Source: Octopus sinensis
Lineage: Eukaryota
Length of the DNA stretch: 64,000 nt
NCBI RefSeq assembly: GCF_006345805.1
Contig: NC_043001.1
Coordinates: forward strand, 2,914,001-2,978,000
Reading direction: 5' to 3'
Positions 1-12,620 of this stretch are shown here, piece after piece (position 1 is the stretch's first letter; every line of letters starts with the position of its first letter). The notes beneath the pieces are model-generated. The model did not search any database and was not told the DNA's origin. It saw only the letters and a program-made list of their open reading frames with translations. A program made the position numbers and the translations under genes.

Positions 1-57
1 GTTTCCTCCCAGTTAGTGAAGTCGATGTCACACTTTTTATATATATATATATATATA

Positions 58-200
58 TCTAGCTGTAGAAACATTGCCAGATCAGATTGGAACCTGGTGC
101 AGCCGCTGGCTTTCTAGACCTAAGTCAAACAGTCCAACACATACCAGCATGGAAAATGGACGTTAAACGAAAATGGATGATGTTGATGAGGATGATATGG
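58..200 (+). mobile_element. SINE family A, 3' fragment ending in (GAT)n
   Basis: gtagaaacattgccagatcag...ccagcatggaaaatggacgttaaacg followed by gat repeats; same motif as fuller copies at 17.5, 46.3 and 48.0 kb. Confidence 0.7.
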
Positions 201-229
201 AGGAAGATGTTATACGATGGGATTCTTTC

Positions 230-360
230 AGTTTCCATCTACCGAGTCCACTCACAAGGCTTTGGCCAGCCCAAGGCTATAGCAGAAGGCACTTTGCCAA
301 AGTGCCACACAGAGGGACTGAACCTGAAAGCTTCTCACCACACAACCACTGCTATGCATA
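230..360 (-). mobile_element. SINE family C (tRNA-like head), partial
   Basis: ccactcacaaggctttggccagcccaaggctatagcagaaggcacttgcc...ctgaacctg, shared with copies at 21.8, 24.4, 29.9 and 57.4 kb. Confidence 0.7.
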
Positions 361-419
361 TATGTGCTCATACACATTTATGTATCCAAGTTTATATGTG
401 TGTCTACATACAGATATTA

Positions 420-460
<41 letters not shown>

Positions 461-960
461 AGTGTGTGCGTATATATATATATATATATATGTAGATAGA
501 TAGATACATTTACAGATATAGAATGATAGACGCACACACACATGTGGATGCATATAAATCATATATATATAAGCATGCAAATAAATTATATAAATTAAAT
601 ATATATATATATACACACATGTATTTTCCTCATCCTCTCCACATCACATCCATCATAATCTGTGGCATTGTGTTTCCTTGAAAAATTTAAATTTCTAATT
701 GAGTTGAAATGCTTTCAAGCATAGCATGCTTAAAATTCTGTCACTTAAACAACAATATTGGAGGCAGGAGATATTTATTTGGTTCCAACAGAATGGAATT
801 AATTTAAACTTTAGTTCTAGTCTCATACAAATTTGAAAACTTCACTCTTTCCACACACCTATATACACAGATGCACAAAAACTACTGAATATGTATATAT
901 ATGGTACAGAAATACACTTGCCTACTTATGAAATATGTACATGTATATATCTGTATATGT

Positions 961-1335
<375 letters not shown>

Positions 1336-1549
1336 GAAATGAACCCAGAAATCGAAAACAGAGAGTTGCTTATTTGCAAAAAAAAAAAAAAAAAAAAAAG
1401 AAATATAAAATGTGACTTCATTGACCGAGGTTACCGTGGTCTTTTCCGCAGGCTTTTCTTTCCACGGGTAAACCTCACCTGTCCTCCCCTTTACACTTCA
1501 TATTGACATTTCTGTGATAACGATCCCTATTGATCATTTTTTTTCCTCT

Positions 1550-1589
<40 letters not shown>

Positions 1590-1649
1590 CCCCTTATTTT
1601 TGTCCTCTTTCTCTCCTTTTACGATCCCTTTTGATCGAACCTCCCCCTT

Positions 1650-1684
<35 letters not shown>

Positions 1685-1757
1685 CCTTCAAAAGAAAAGC
1701 TCTCTACCTTGTAATTTGTTCTATCTGTGTGCAGCCCTGTGTGGCTAATAAAGAAAC

Positions 1758-1801
1758 ATATCTATCTATCTATCTATCTATCTATCTACCTACCTACTTA
1801 C

Positions 1802-1860
<59 letters not shown>

Positions 1861-1882
1861 CCTACCTACCTACCTATCTATC

Positions 1883-1964
<82 letters not shown>

Positions 1965-2025
1965 CCTACCTACCTACCTACCTATCTATCTATCTATCTA
2001 CCTATCTATCTACCTACCTACCTAC

Positions 2026-2074
<49 letters not shown>

Positions 2075-2122
2075 CATCTATCTGTCTGTCTGTCTATCTA
2101 CCTATCTATCTATCTATTTGTA
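1758..2122. repeat. (TATC/TACC)n microsatellite
   Basis: Direct reading. Confidence 0.95.
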
Positions 2123-3199
2123 GATAGCTAAAGAGCAAGATACATAAAGAGGCCAAGAGAGTAGCAGGTATGGTTAGTGAAATATAGATTAGAGGTGTGA
2201 ACTTGGAAATCTTCTGCCAAGCCATTGGCTGACCAATGAAGTATTGTGGATATGTGTGTACATGTATACGAATATATTTGTGTGTGTATGTGTGTGTACT
2301 TGTGTCTATTTGTTTCCATGTCTGTGTGGCTGTGTCCTTACGTCAGTGTCTTCATTTCCTGACATCATGTGACTGTTGCAACCAAATGAAGCTGTTAAAC
2401 GAGCCGGGGCATTGATTTGCGATCTTCTGTAAAAACATTTCAGGCCAAAGAGAAGTGAAATCCTGCTTCAAAACAGGTGAGGGTGGGTGACTGGAGGGGC
2501 ATCCCGCTGTAAGGAAATCTGCTTCAGCAAATTCTGTCTGTGCCATACAAACATGGAAATGTGTATACAAGATGATGAAAAGAGGGGGATAAAATGGTGA
2601 TGATGATGATGGTGACGGTGGTGGTGATGATAATGATGTTGATGATGATAACAATGTTGTTGTTGTTGTTGTTGTTAAGCAATAAGATGGGTAAGGATGA
2701 TTAGGTGATGGTCTAGGGCTTAGGGGCGGGAGACCCCAGACCTTGGAAAAAAAAACTTTGGTCATCTTGTTGTAGTCGAGGGCTCTTCGTTGATGCCCGA
2801 CACCACTGGGAGGTGGCCCTCGAAGTCACTGGAAATGGAGATCTCCAGGTCCAAATTCTTGGACGGCTGTTGCTGATGATGATGATGGTGATGGTGGTGG
2901 TGGTGGTGGTGGTGAGTAAAACCGTTATTTAAAAAAATGAATACCTAAGGAATAAGAACAAAGTACCCTATTAGTCAAATAAAGGGTTGGGTTCAAAATT
3001 CCACCAGAACACTTAATGAACATTGTGGTAACACCAAACAAGGTGAGGACGCCTATCTGTCCATTGTAAATAAAGTTCACTTCTAATTATTTCTGGAAAT
3101 ATGATAAGGAGCTGAATTCTGCCATATTTAGAACCATCTGGAAGCAACCTTCTCCTGCTATGGCTTCACTACAGTCTCCAGCAGCCTCATATAGATATC

Positions 3200-3830
3200 T
3201 GAATTGAGCCTAAGGCTTTGTTAAAAAATGTGGGGACCAGTCCCTGTGTGTGGACACAGAATGCATGTTCCCTCCTGATTAGCAGCTGTCCTAAAATGTC
3301 ATCATGGTACTACTTCCCTATGCAGCACAACGTTGTGGCTAAAACAATTTACAATGCCATCCACAAAAAGTTTGTCCGGAAATAAACTTAGAAAATCCCT
3401 CAGTTATGGAATATGTTCATAAACACCAATTCAAAGAATACTGGTGGAATATTCCCATAAAAAATTCTGTTAAATGTAAACATGACAGGTCAGATGTTGT
3501 TGTTTGGGACAGAGGGGCAAATATATATACCACGATAGACGTCAGCTACCCTGCAGATATTAATATCCCCTTGAAAATCAAGGAAACAGAGGATATCTAT
3601 GGACAACTGCTTTGCAACCTCCAGCTTCTATATTTGGACTACAAATTTATATCCATACCAATAATAATTGGAGCACAAGGTTTTGTTAGTAATGCTTAAA
3701 GGAGAATCTGGATAAACTGGGATTTTCAGAAAAACTGACCGGCTAATTATTACATTACAAGTGCAATCTGTGAGTGGAACAGGAGAAATATGCAAGACTT
3801 TTCTCAAGTTCCAAATATGAATTTGTCTGT
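3200..3830 (+). mobile_element. 3' remnant of a non-LTR retrotransposon with restriction-like endonuclease (R2/R4/NeSL-type)
   Basis: Translates to SSCPKMSSWYYFPMQHNVVAKTIY (after the CCHC knuckle) and KHDRSDVVVWD...IDVSYPAD...IPIIIGAQG (RPD/IID/IGALG motifs of the RLE domain); stops and frameshifts. Confidence 0.75.
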
Positions 3831-4130
3831 GTTAGCTACATGCCTGTGTGTGTGTGCGTGTAGGTGTGTCTGTGTGTATGTATGTGGGCTAACAAGGCTA
3901 CCATTGGTTTCATGAAGAGAGAAATCTCGCAAAAATGATCAAGCCTGTGTCTTGAAACCTTGGTGCTTGACTCCATCTTGGATGAGAATACCTGAAACCA
4001 TTGGCAGTTTTGTTAGCTGACAAATGAAGAATATTTATCCACAAATGCAATGTTGAGCACTCATCCTCACTGTTTTTTATATTACCATAAATATATACAT
4101 ATACGTAAATATATATACACATATATATAC

Positions 4131-4173
<43 letters not shown>

Positions 4174-4408
4174 TGCACTATTACATACACACACATATAT
4201 ATATATATTTATATATATATTTATGTATATCAAAATGAGGAGTAGAAGGACAGCCGATAACTGATGAAGGGTCATTCTTTATGATACGTGTCTTGTTTTC
4301 CGTTTGGTTTTCTCATTGTTTGTGTACCCAACTTTGTTTTCATATTTCATGTTGTTTACGTTTTGTGACGTCCTGTACCAATATATGTGTGTATATATAT
4401 ATATATAT

Positions 4409-4464
<56 letters not shown>

Positions 4465-4550
4465 GTATGTATGGATGTATTTACATATATGTATGTATAT
4501 ATGCGCATATATATATATATATAATATATATATATGTATATGTATATGTA

Positions 4551-4934
4551 TCTCTCTCTATATAAACGGCAGTTTGTCTGTGTGTGTTTCTGTGTGTCTG
4601 TTTTCTCGTACCCTCACTCTGACCACGGCTTTCAACCGATTCTGATGAAACTTGACACACACATAGCCCAATGTCATAATTCAAAACTAACGCAGCGAAA
4701 ATTTTGAAAAGTTCCCCCAGTTCTGAAAAAAATCGATAAATTCGACATGGGGTCGAGAATCAGAAACCCAAACCACAGACCGTCTAGGGGACGCAACTCC
4801 ACCTTTTTTAACTCTCAAAAAAAAATTACCATCATTTTTTTTCCATTTTTTTGCTATTTTTTGGCTATAACTCTCTAAAAATGCTTTATAGTTATTCCCT
4901 TACAAACCTGAGCAACGCCGGGCGATACTGCTAG
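4551..4934 (+). mobile_element. Non-autonomous Helitron-like element
   Basis: Starts A|TC, internal TCTGTGTG repeats, subterminal hairpin-like ctgagcaacgccggg, ends CTAG|T. Confidence 0.7.
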
Positions 4935-4940
4935 TATGTA

Positions 4941-4976
<36 letters not shown>

Positions 4977-5006
4977 TGGATGTATTTACATATATGTATG
5001 TATATA

Positions 5007-5046
<40 letters not shown>

Positions 5047-5175
5047 TTATATTATTATTTCATTGAATGCCATGCATCCATTTCCAAGTAAGTTTATCTT
5101 AATATATATATATGTATACACACACGCACACACACACACACACCACACACACACGCACACACACACACACACACC

Positions 5176-5212
<37 letters not shown>

Positions 5213-5525
5213 TGCGTATCTGCACACACCTATGGCTAAAAAGAAAAAACAGTGAATGAAACATATTTTGGTAAGCTTTGCATTTTAAAGTTTGTTTAAT
5301 TTAATTTGAATTTTACTGCACATGCAGTTAATAGCGTTTTTGCTTGCTATGAAATATGTTCTATAAATTCACAAATTGAGTTTTATGAAGGAAAACATCA
5401 ATCAGGAAAATTCCGGATTTGCCTCTAACATTTTTAAGAGTCTTAGATAACACAGAAATGGTAAAAATTGTAAATGTAAAAAATATGAATGATTTAACTT
5501 GTTTCAAATTGTTCTTTATAATAAA

Positions 5526-5935
5526 GAGGTGAGGTGACTGAGTTCCTTTCGAGTGGGCTTTACAAGAGTGAGGTGGCTGAGTTCCTTTCGAGGTTAGCCA
5601 AGAGTGAAGTGGCTGAGTTCCTTTCGAGGTGAGCCAAGAGTGAGGTGGCTGAGTTCCTTTCGAGGTGAGCCAAGAGTGAAGTGGCTGAGTTCCTTTTGAG
5701 GTGAGCCAAGAGTAAAGTGGCTGAGTTCCTTTCGAGCTTAGCCAAGGGTGAGGTGGCTGACTTCCTTTCAAGTGTTGAGCCTCATGTTGGCAAAGTGGCT
5801 GAGCTCCTGGGCCTCTAGGGTTAGTTCCTTCTGAGTGTTGAGCCTCACACAGGTGAATTGGCTGAGTTACTTTTGGACAGGCCTCATGAATTGACTGAAT
5901 TGGCTGAGTTCCTCTCAAATGTTAGGCCTCACAGA
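5526..5935. repeat. 36-bp minisatellite (gagtgaggtggctgagttcctttcgaggtgagccaa)
   Basis: Five near-exact units 5566-5745 plus degenerate flanking units. Confidence 0.9.
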
Positions 5936-5989
5936 GGCAATGACCAAGATCTTTGGCATTATGTCATGCTTGGGAAGAAGACCCATCAA

Positions 5990-6275
5990 TTGCAGTTGTG
6001 GCAGATACCAGTGTCATGCAAATGGCACCCATGCTGGTGGCACGTAAAAGCACCCATTACTCTTTTGGAGGGGTTGGTGTAAGGAAAGGCATCCAGCCAT
6101 CGGAAACCATGCCAAATCAGACTGGATCCTGGTGCAGCCTTCAAGTGTGTCAGCCTGGTCAAACCATCCAACCCATGCCAGCATGGACAATGGATGTTAA
6201 ATGGTGATGATGATGATGACGATGATGATGATGATGATGATGATGTTGATGATGATGATGATGATGATGATGATC
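5990..6275 (+). mobile_element. SINE family A
   Basis: ggtggcacgtaaaagcaccc...ggttggtgtaaggaaaggcatccagc...ccagcatgga plus (GAT)n tail. Confidence 0.75.
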
Positions 6276-6319
6276 AAAAGGTTTGGGAAAAGATATGGTT
6301 GTGGTTAAGAATATTCTTT

Positions 6320-6535
6320 TCTTTTCTACTCTAGGCACAAGTCCCAAAATTTTCGGGGGAGGGGTCCAGTCAATTAGATCAACCCCAGTATGAAACTGGT
6401 ACTTAATATATTGATTTTGGAAGGATGAAAGGCAAAGTTGACTTTGACAGAATTTGAACTCAGAACGTAAAGACAGAGGAAATACTGCCAAGCATTTCGC
6501 CTGGCATGCTAACAATTCTGCCAGCTCACCACCTT
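6320..6535 (-). mobile_element. SINE family B (tRNA-derived)
   Basis: Reverse strand ggtgagctggcagaattgttagcatgccaggcgaaatgc...gttctgagttcaaattc...gtcaactttgcctttcatcc. Confidence 0.75.
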
Positions 6536-6704
6536 CGATAAGAATATTGCTTGCAAGACATACAGCATGGGTTTAGTTCCACTGCATGGTACTTTGGACA
6601 GGTGTATTCTTCTGTAGTCTTGGGTTACCAATACCTTCTGAAGGAATTTGGAAGAAGGAGACTGAAAGAAGCCTATCATGTGTGTGTGTGTGTGTGTGTG
6701 TGTG

Positions 6705-6746
<42 letters not shown>

Positions 6747-7197
6747 TGTATGTGTATATCCATCCAGCCCATGCCAGCATGGACAACAGATGTTAAATGA
6801 TGATGAAATAATATATATATATATAATATATTCATTATCATTTAACATCTGTCGTCCATATATATATATATTATATATAGATATATATATATAAGCTATA
6901 TAGATACATCTATAATATATATATACATATATATATATATATTATATATTATATATATATATATACTATATAAATATACCTATATATATTATCTTATATA
7001 TAATATAATATACAATAATAACTATTAGGGAATATATCCAAATTTACAGGGAAAAAAAATCAGATTTAGGATAAATCCAATTTTATAGTTAAATATTATA
7101 AAATATTATTTGAGACAAAACCACTATTTTGCAAAACAAACAAAAAAAGGAAAGACTTAATCAATACATAAAATTTAATAAATAGTAAAAAAAACCG

Positions 7198-7240
7198 CCA
7201 CTACAATCGTTTCTTGTCTTGATCGACAATCTTCAGGTGG
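7198..7240 (-). ncRNA. Type I hammerhead ribozyme
   Basis: Minus strand ccac-CUGAAGA-uuguc(gaucaa)gacaa-GAAAC(gauu)GUA-gugg: stems I, II and III and full core, cleavage triplet GUA. Confidence 0.85.
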
Positions 7241-7390
7241 ACTTCCAATCTAAAAAATCAAAATTTTAAAATATAAAAATAATACTTTTAAATAATTAAA
7301 GTATAAATGAAAAAATATAAGTATATAATCCATATATAACCTATATATAATCCATATCGAAAATATAGACTAATTACCCGAATTCCCTAA

Positions 7391-8400
7391 AAAAAACCAT
7401 GATAAAACAAAACTCTTAAAAACATATAACGATAAAATCTCCCTTTGCTAAACTCTATAACAAACTATAAAGTAGTAAACCCCCTAACTAAACATTCACA
7501 CACAAATACACACACGTAAACCACAGACTCACGACTTATACACATACCTATACTAACTTATAAACCTCAATATACACCAAAACCCACTCCCTCCCCACAC
7601 AGACAAATTAACACATACATCCCAAAACCTAAATAACAAACCCATATACACATTCACACAAAAAACACACACTCACACGCAAAACACTCACACACAAAAG
7701 ATACATATACTCCCTCACATATACGCCTATACATACTCACTAAAACTCGACATATACAACAATACTTACACACCCACAAAAAACATTATATACATTTATG
7801 AGCTTTAACTCACCTTAGCATCTCTAAAAACAACTTGCAGTAACCCAATCCCATTCTCTATGCCTACCTCACTACTACACTATTCCATTCACATTCCAAG
7901 CAACGCTAGTCCACCACCCGGTTATTCACGTGGCAAAACGAACACCACTCAAAAATTATGAATGAAACAATGTAAAAAAATAACCAACACCTAAAATAGA
8001 CAAAATACCACAAATACCTAAAAAAAACCATGATAAACCAAAACTCATAAAAGCATATAACGATAAAATCTCCCTTTGCTAAAACCCTAACAAACTTATA
8101 TAGCAATCCCCCTAACCTAAACATTCACACAAAAAACCCACACGTAAACCACAGACCCAAGACTTATACACAAACCTATACTAACTTATAAACCTCAATA
8201 TACACCAAAAACCACTCCCTCCCCACACAGACAAATTAACACATACATCCCAAATCCTAAATAACAAACCCAAATACACATTCACACACAAACACACACA
8301 CACACAAAACACACATACACAACAGATACATATGCTCCCTCACATATACGCATATACATACTCACTAAAACTCGATATATACAACAATATTTACACCCAC
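7391..8400. repeat. Diverged direct repeat of about 385 bp (7391-7777 and 8022-8400)
   Basis: Both copies read aaaccatgataaa..caaaactc...gataaaatctccctttgctaaa...ctccccacacagacaaattaacacatacatccc...ctcactaaaactcga. Confidence 0.85.
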
Positions 8401-8930
8401 ACTCATACAGATAAATAAATTAATTATACAATTAAAAACTCACAACCAATCTCATATACATAAACACTCTTATGAAAACAACAATAAATACATCGTAATT
8501 AACCAGAATATCAAAAATAACATTATGACATAAGGATAAATCAAATACATACTTACAATTCAGTTACAAATTATGAAGTGAAATTAGATTTTAGCCGTTA
8601 AAAAACCAAACAAAATTACGTTACCATGGAAATAACTAATGTAAAAAAAGAATACGCGCCATAGAAAGTAAACGTCATTCATAGTATGAATGGAGAAATA
8701 TAATAAATGGAACTAAAAACTATTTCCACGTAGCAAACCAACGCTACTTAAAAAAATTTATTATGAATGGATTCTTTAAAAACTATCATGAAAAATCAAT
8801 TATATACATTTATGAGCTTTAGCTCACCCTAGCAACTCTAACAAACAACTTACAGTAACCCATACTCAATGCCTACCTCATTACCACCCTAATCCATTCA
8901 CAATTCCAAGCAACACTAGTCCACCACACG
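7786..8930. repeat. Second diverged direct repeat of about 130 bp (7786-7920 and 8799-8930)
   Basis: attatatacatttatgagcttt...ttccaagcaac.ctagtccaccac in both. Confidence 0.8.
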
Positions 8931-10095
8931 GTTACAATTCCCAAACTCTACCCATTCATTCACAATTTCAACGACGTTCCTTCAAAACAACTCTACATAA
9001 GCCTCAACATATACACCGGAGATACACTTACACATCCGTGCGGATGGGTGAGAGTATACATTAAGTGTAGTGATGGGGCTCCCATTTCTAAACACACATT
9101 TGTACCTGTGTGGTAGTCTCCATGTGTATATTCACGCACGGGTATAAATACAGGGGGTACACGCTCACTTCATTTACGTGTACCCCTCACATGTACATAT
9201 GCATACAATTTTGGCTCGATATATGCAACAATGTAATCGCGCCCGTATGTGTGAGCATTCACTGGTTGTGCAATTCACCCATCTGGGTGTGATTGTGTGT
9301 AAACTTATCACTGTGGAGGTCGAGCTTGATACGTATATATTAGTGTGTATTAGGGGTTGTACGTACTAATTATGTTCATGTGCTTCACGCACTTGCGTCC
9401 ATGTATGGAAGAATATATTGGGATTACTATGTAGGTGTAAATAGGGTATGGGGGAGTTTTGTCATTGTATGGGTGTGGTTTCATTTGTGATGGTTGGGGG
9501 GATGGTGTTATGTGTTTATTTATCCATGTGGGGCTGGAGTGGCCGTTAGGTGCATATACTGAGGCTCACATGCAAACCCAAGTACAACGAATAAAGTGGG
9601 CACTTATAATTGTTATGGGTGTGTACTTTATTATAAAAGACAATACCCAAATAAAATCTGTCAATTCAACCTACAAATAAAAAACAAAAAACAAAGGGAT
9701 CTTAAACATTCACACATACATACAAAACTCAATAAAAACACCACTAAATAACACCCAAAACATATAAATATATCCTCAAATACATATAACAAATGCAAAA
9801 TAAAAATACATAATAAAATAAAATAAATAAAAATAAAAATAAAAATAAAAAAATAAAAAAATCTATATAATTATTAAAGTTTTAACGTACCATAAACTGC
9901 TAAATTAATATACATTAAAAATGAACTAATTAAAACAAAGAAATATCAATAAAAACTAACTATAATTAAATCCTAGACAACATAACCAAAAATATATCAT
10001 CTAAACTAATTAAACTAAAATAACCTAAAAGGGAACTATATTACTATTTATCATGAAACTTATTATATAAGTAAAGTAACTTGTGTGTCTACATT

Positions 10096-10821
10096 TTATT
10101 TTGCGCTCCTCCCAGTATTAAGTAAATTATCATACTTATAAAATAAAATTTCTTTAAACTCATTAGAGCATAAATAACAACAATTAGCTCCTATATTATA
10201 TGATTTAGTTTTACAAATTATTTCCCATATTAAACTATAATTAATATTTAGTGATTTAAGACTCCAAATATACTTACTAAGTCCGGTTGAGTTGATTAAG
10301 TTTTTATTTTTAAAAGAATTCATATGTTGTGCAATTCTTAGTTTTATTTTTGAGGAAGTAGAACCTATATAAACCGCTTTATTGTAATTATTATTCTTAA
10401 AGTTATTATCATGTAATGTAACTATACATTTATACACTACATCGTTAATATCACAATTATTATTTAATATACAATTAGATTTATCTCTACATGTACAATT
10501 AATATAAGTCTTATCATTATTAATATTATTATCAAATAATTTCTTTTTATAAAAATTATTCAGTTTATATTTATTAAATGAAGAAATAATGTTACCAACA
10601 TTATTAGTGGTAGAGTAACCAACTCCAAAATTATTAAAAGAGAAAATGTTTCTATATTTACGATTATCTCTAATAAATAGTTCTATAACATCTAAAATCT
10701 CTTTAATAATATTCGTTTTAACTTGATCTCCATAAGGAACTATTAACCAAATTTTATTCTTATTAACCTTATTATTATTATCATTATTATAAATATATTT
10801 ATAATTCTTTATTTTATTAAA
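10096..10821 (-). CDS. PLE-type linker plus GIY-YIG endonuclease, 241 codons stop-to-stop with no in-frame ATG before the GIY-YIG domain
   Basis: Manual translation extends the track ORF upstream: KIWLIVPYGDQVKTNI...GYSTTNNVGNIISSFN...NCTCRDKSNCILNNNC...VVYKC...YIGSTS...RIAQHMNSF...STGLSKYIW...CYLCSNE. Fits the PLE post-thumb linker, Cys knuckle, GIY-YIG and CxxC arrangement (Naiad/Chlamys-like). Confidence 0.8.
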   Translation of the reverse strand, partial: FNKIKNYKYIYNNDNNNKVNKNKIWLIVPYGDQVKTNIIKEILDVIELFIRDNRKYRNIFSFNNFGVGYSTTNNVGNIISSFNKYKLNNFYKKKLFDNNINNDKTYINCTCRDKSNCILNNNCDINDVVYKCIVTLHDNNFKNNNYNKAVYIGSTSSKIKLRIAQHMNSFKNKNLINSTGLSKYIWSLKSLNINYSLIWEIICKTKSYNIGANCCYLCSNEFKEILFYKYDNLLNTGRSAK

Positions 10822-11168
10822 TTATTATCGGAATTATATCTATGTACAGCATTTAAGGAATTATTAATATTATTAATTTATCATATATAATTATATAATA
10901 ATTATTAAATTTATTTTTATTTATATTATTCTTATTTATATTATTATTATTATATTTATTATTATTATTATTCTTATTTATATTTTTATCATTTTTATTA
11001 TTTTTTTTAAATATCTATTATTTTTACCACTAAACGTAACAAAATTATAATTATTATTAGAAGTATCTCGAAATTATCATTTAAAACATTATCGCTAATA
11101 TTATAAAATTTAATATTCTTATTATAACCTGCCCCTCTAAGGGCCTCATTATAATAATTAGCATGATA

Positions 11169-11212
<44 letters not shown>

Positions 11213-11252
11213 TATATAATATATATATATATATAATATTATATTATATATA

Positions 11253-11562
11253 TGTAGGTGGAGGTGCAATGGCCCAGTGGTTAGGGCAGCGGACTCGTGG
11301 TCGTAGGATAGCGGTTTTGATTCCCAGAAAGGGCGTTGTGAGTGTTTATTGAGCGAAAACACCTAAAGCTCCACGAGGCTCCGGCAGTGGGTGGTGGCGA
11401 TCCCTGCTGTACTCTTTTGCCACAACTTTCTCTCATTCTTTCTTCTGTTGGCCTGCTCACTTAGCCAGTGGGGTGGTGTCATTTGAAGGTTAAAACAATG
11501 CGAAGCATTGTGACCAGCGATGTGTAGCAACATCCGATAGCCTGGTCGGTCATGGTGATATC
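11253..11562 (+). mobile_element. tRNA-derived SINE (separate family)
   Basis: A-box tggcccagtggttagg, anticodon-arm-like gcggactcgtggtcg, degenerate B-box ggttttgattccc, followed by a non-tRNA body. Confidence 0.65.
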
Positions 11563-11568
11563 ACAGTG

Positions 11569-11601
<33 letters not shown>

Positions 11602-11991
11602 AGATAAAGACATATATATATATATAATGTATATATATATACACACATATATACACACACACACACAAATATACATATATATATATACATACATACATAA
11701 TATTTAATTTAAAATCTATAAATGTGTATATAGATACATATAAATACGCATATATATACATATGCATACGTATAGAATGATCCGTGCATCTAACCTTGGT
11801 AAGCTTGCCTTAGAATGTTGATGTTAAATAATCCTGATGTTTAAAATGTTAAGATGTACTTTTAGCTTAATTTTAAATGGAAGCATGCAAGAAATATCTG
11901 TCTGTGTTTAAATCAAATGCTGTATTTAATTAGCTGTAATCAAGGTTTAGATAATTGAATTAAATCATGTTTTCTGCATCTACGTGCATGT

Positions 11992-12071
<80 letters not shown>

Positions 12072-12469
12072 CTTTCAAAGAAAAATAAATTCCATGCTGT
12101 TATGCATTCCATGGATGTTAAATTGGCATTTTTTTTGTGTCTCAGTCAGAAATATATTCTAAAAACCATTTCTTACTCAGGGAAGAAAAGAAAATCTCTG
12201 ACTGACTAAAATAAAGCGAATTAAGTTTGAAAAAAATCTCGTCAAATCATTATCATCATTGTTATCACCATCGTCGTCATCGTTGCTGTTGTTGTTGTCT
12301 TCCCTGTCAGCGCCACCTCAGTTTCTGCCATTGCCATGATCATTACAATCATCATCATCATCAGCATTATCATTGTCTTCATCTTTGTCGCCACTACCAT
12401 ACTACAACCACCACCACCACCACCACCACCACCATCATTATCGTCATCATCATGTCTATCATCATCATC

Positions 12470-12620
12470 ATTTTAACGTCCATTTTCCATGTTTGCAGGG
12501 GTCAAATGGAATTTGCTTGAGCAGCGTTTCTTCCTGCCTGACATCTTTCCTCTTACCAGATGTCACTCGTTTCCAAGAAAGGAAATATGTCCCCCTGGCT
12601 GAATATGCCTGTTACCACCC
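12470..12620 (-). mobile_element. SINE family A-related, degenerate 3' part
   Basis: catcatcattttaacgtccattttccatg adjoining a long CAT/CAC tract. Confidence 0.5.

Larger units (their letters stand above)
7020..11165 (-). mobile_element. Penelope-like element 1: GIY-YIG only (no RT seen), long low-complexity 3' region, hammerhead near the 3' end, embedded in (TA)n
   Basis: GIY-YIG ORF 10096-10821, HHR 7198-7240, mostly continuous A/C-rich skew in between, TA microsatellite on both sides; boundaries approximate. Confidence 0.7.

Noticed and set aside
4635-4660. CTGATGAAAC in the Helitron-like element
   Set aside because: No stem II between CUGAUGA and GAAA; part of the usual element body
5566-5745. 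Hairpin-forming 36-bp repeats as a CRISPR array
   Set aside because: Units are directly adjacent with no unique spacers; eukaryotic context and no cas genes
11253-11330. tRNA-like heads here and at 20.2-20.3, 29.9 and 53.1 kb as tRNA genes
   Set aside because: No complete acceptor stem; they continue into SINE bodies
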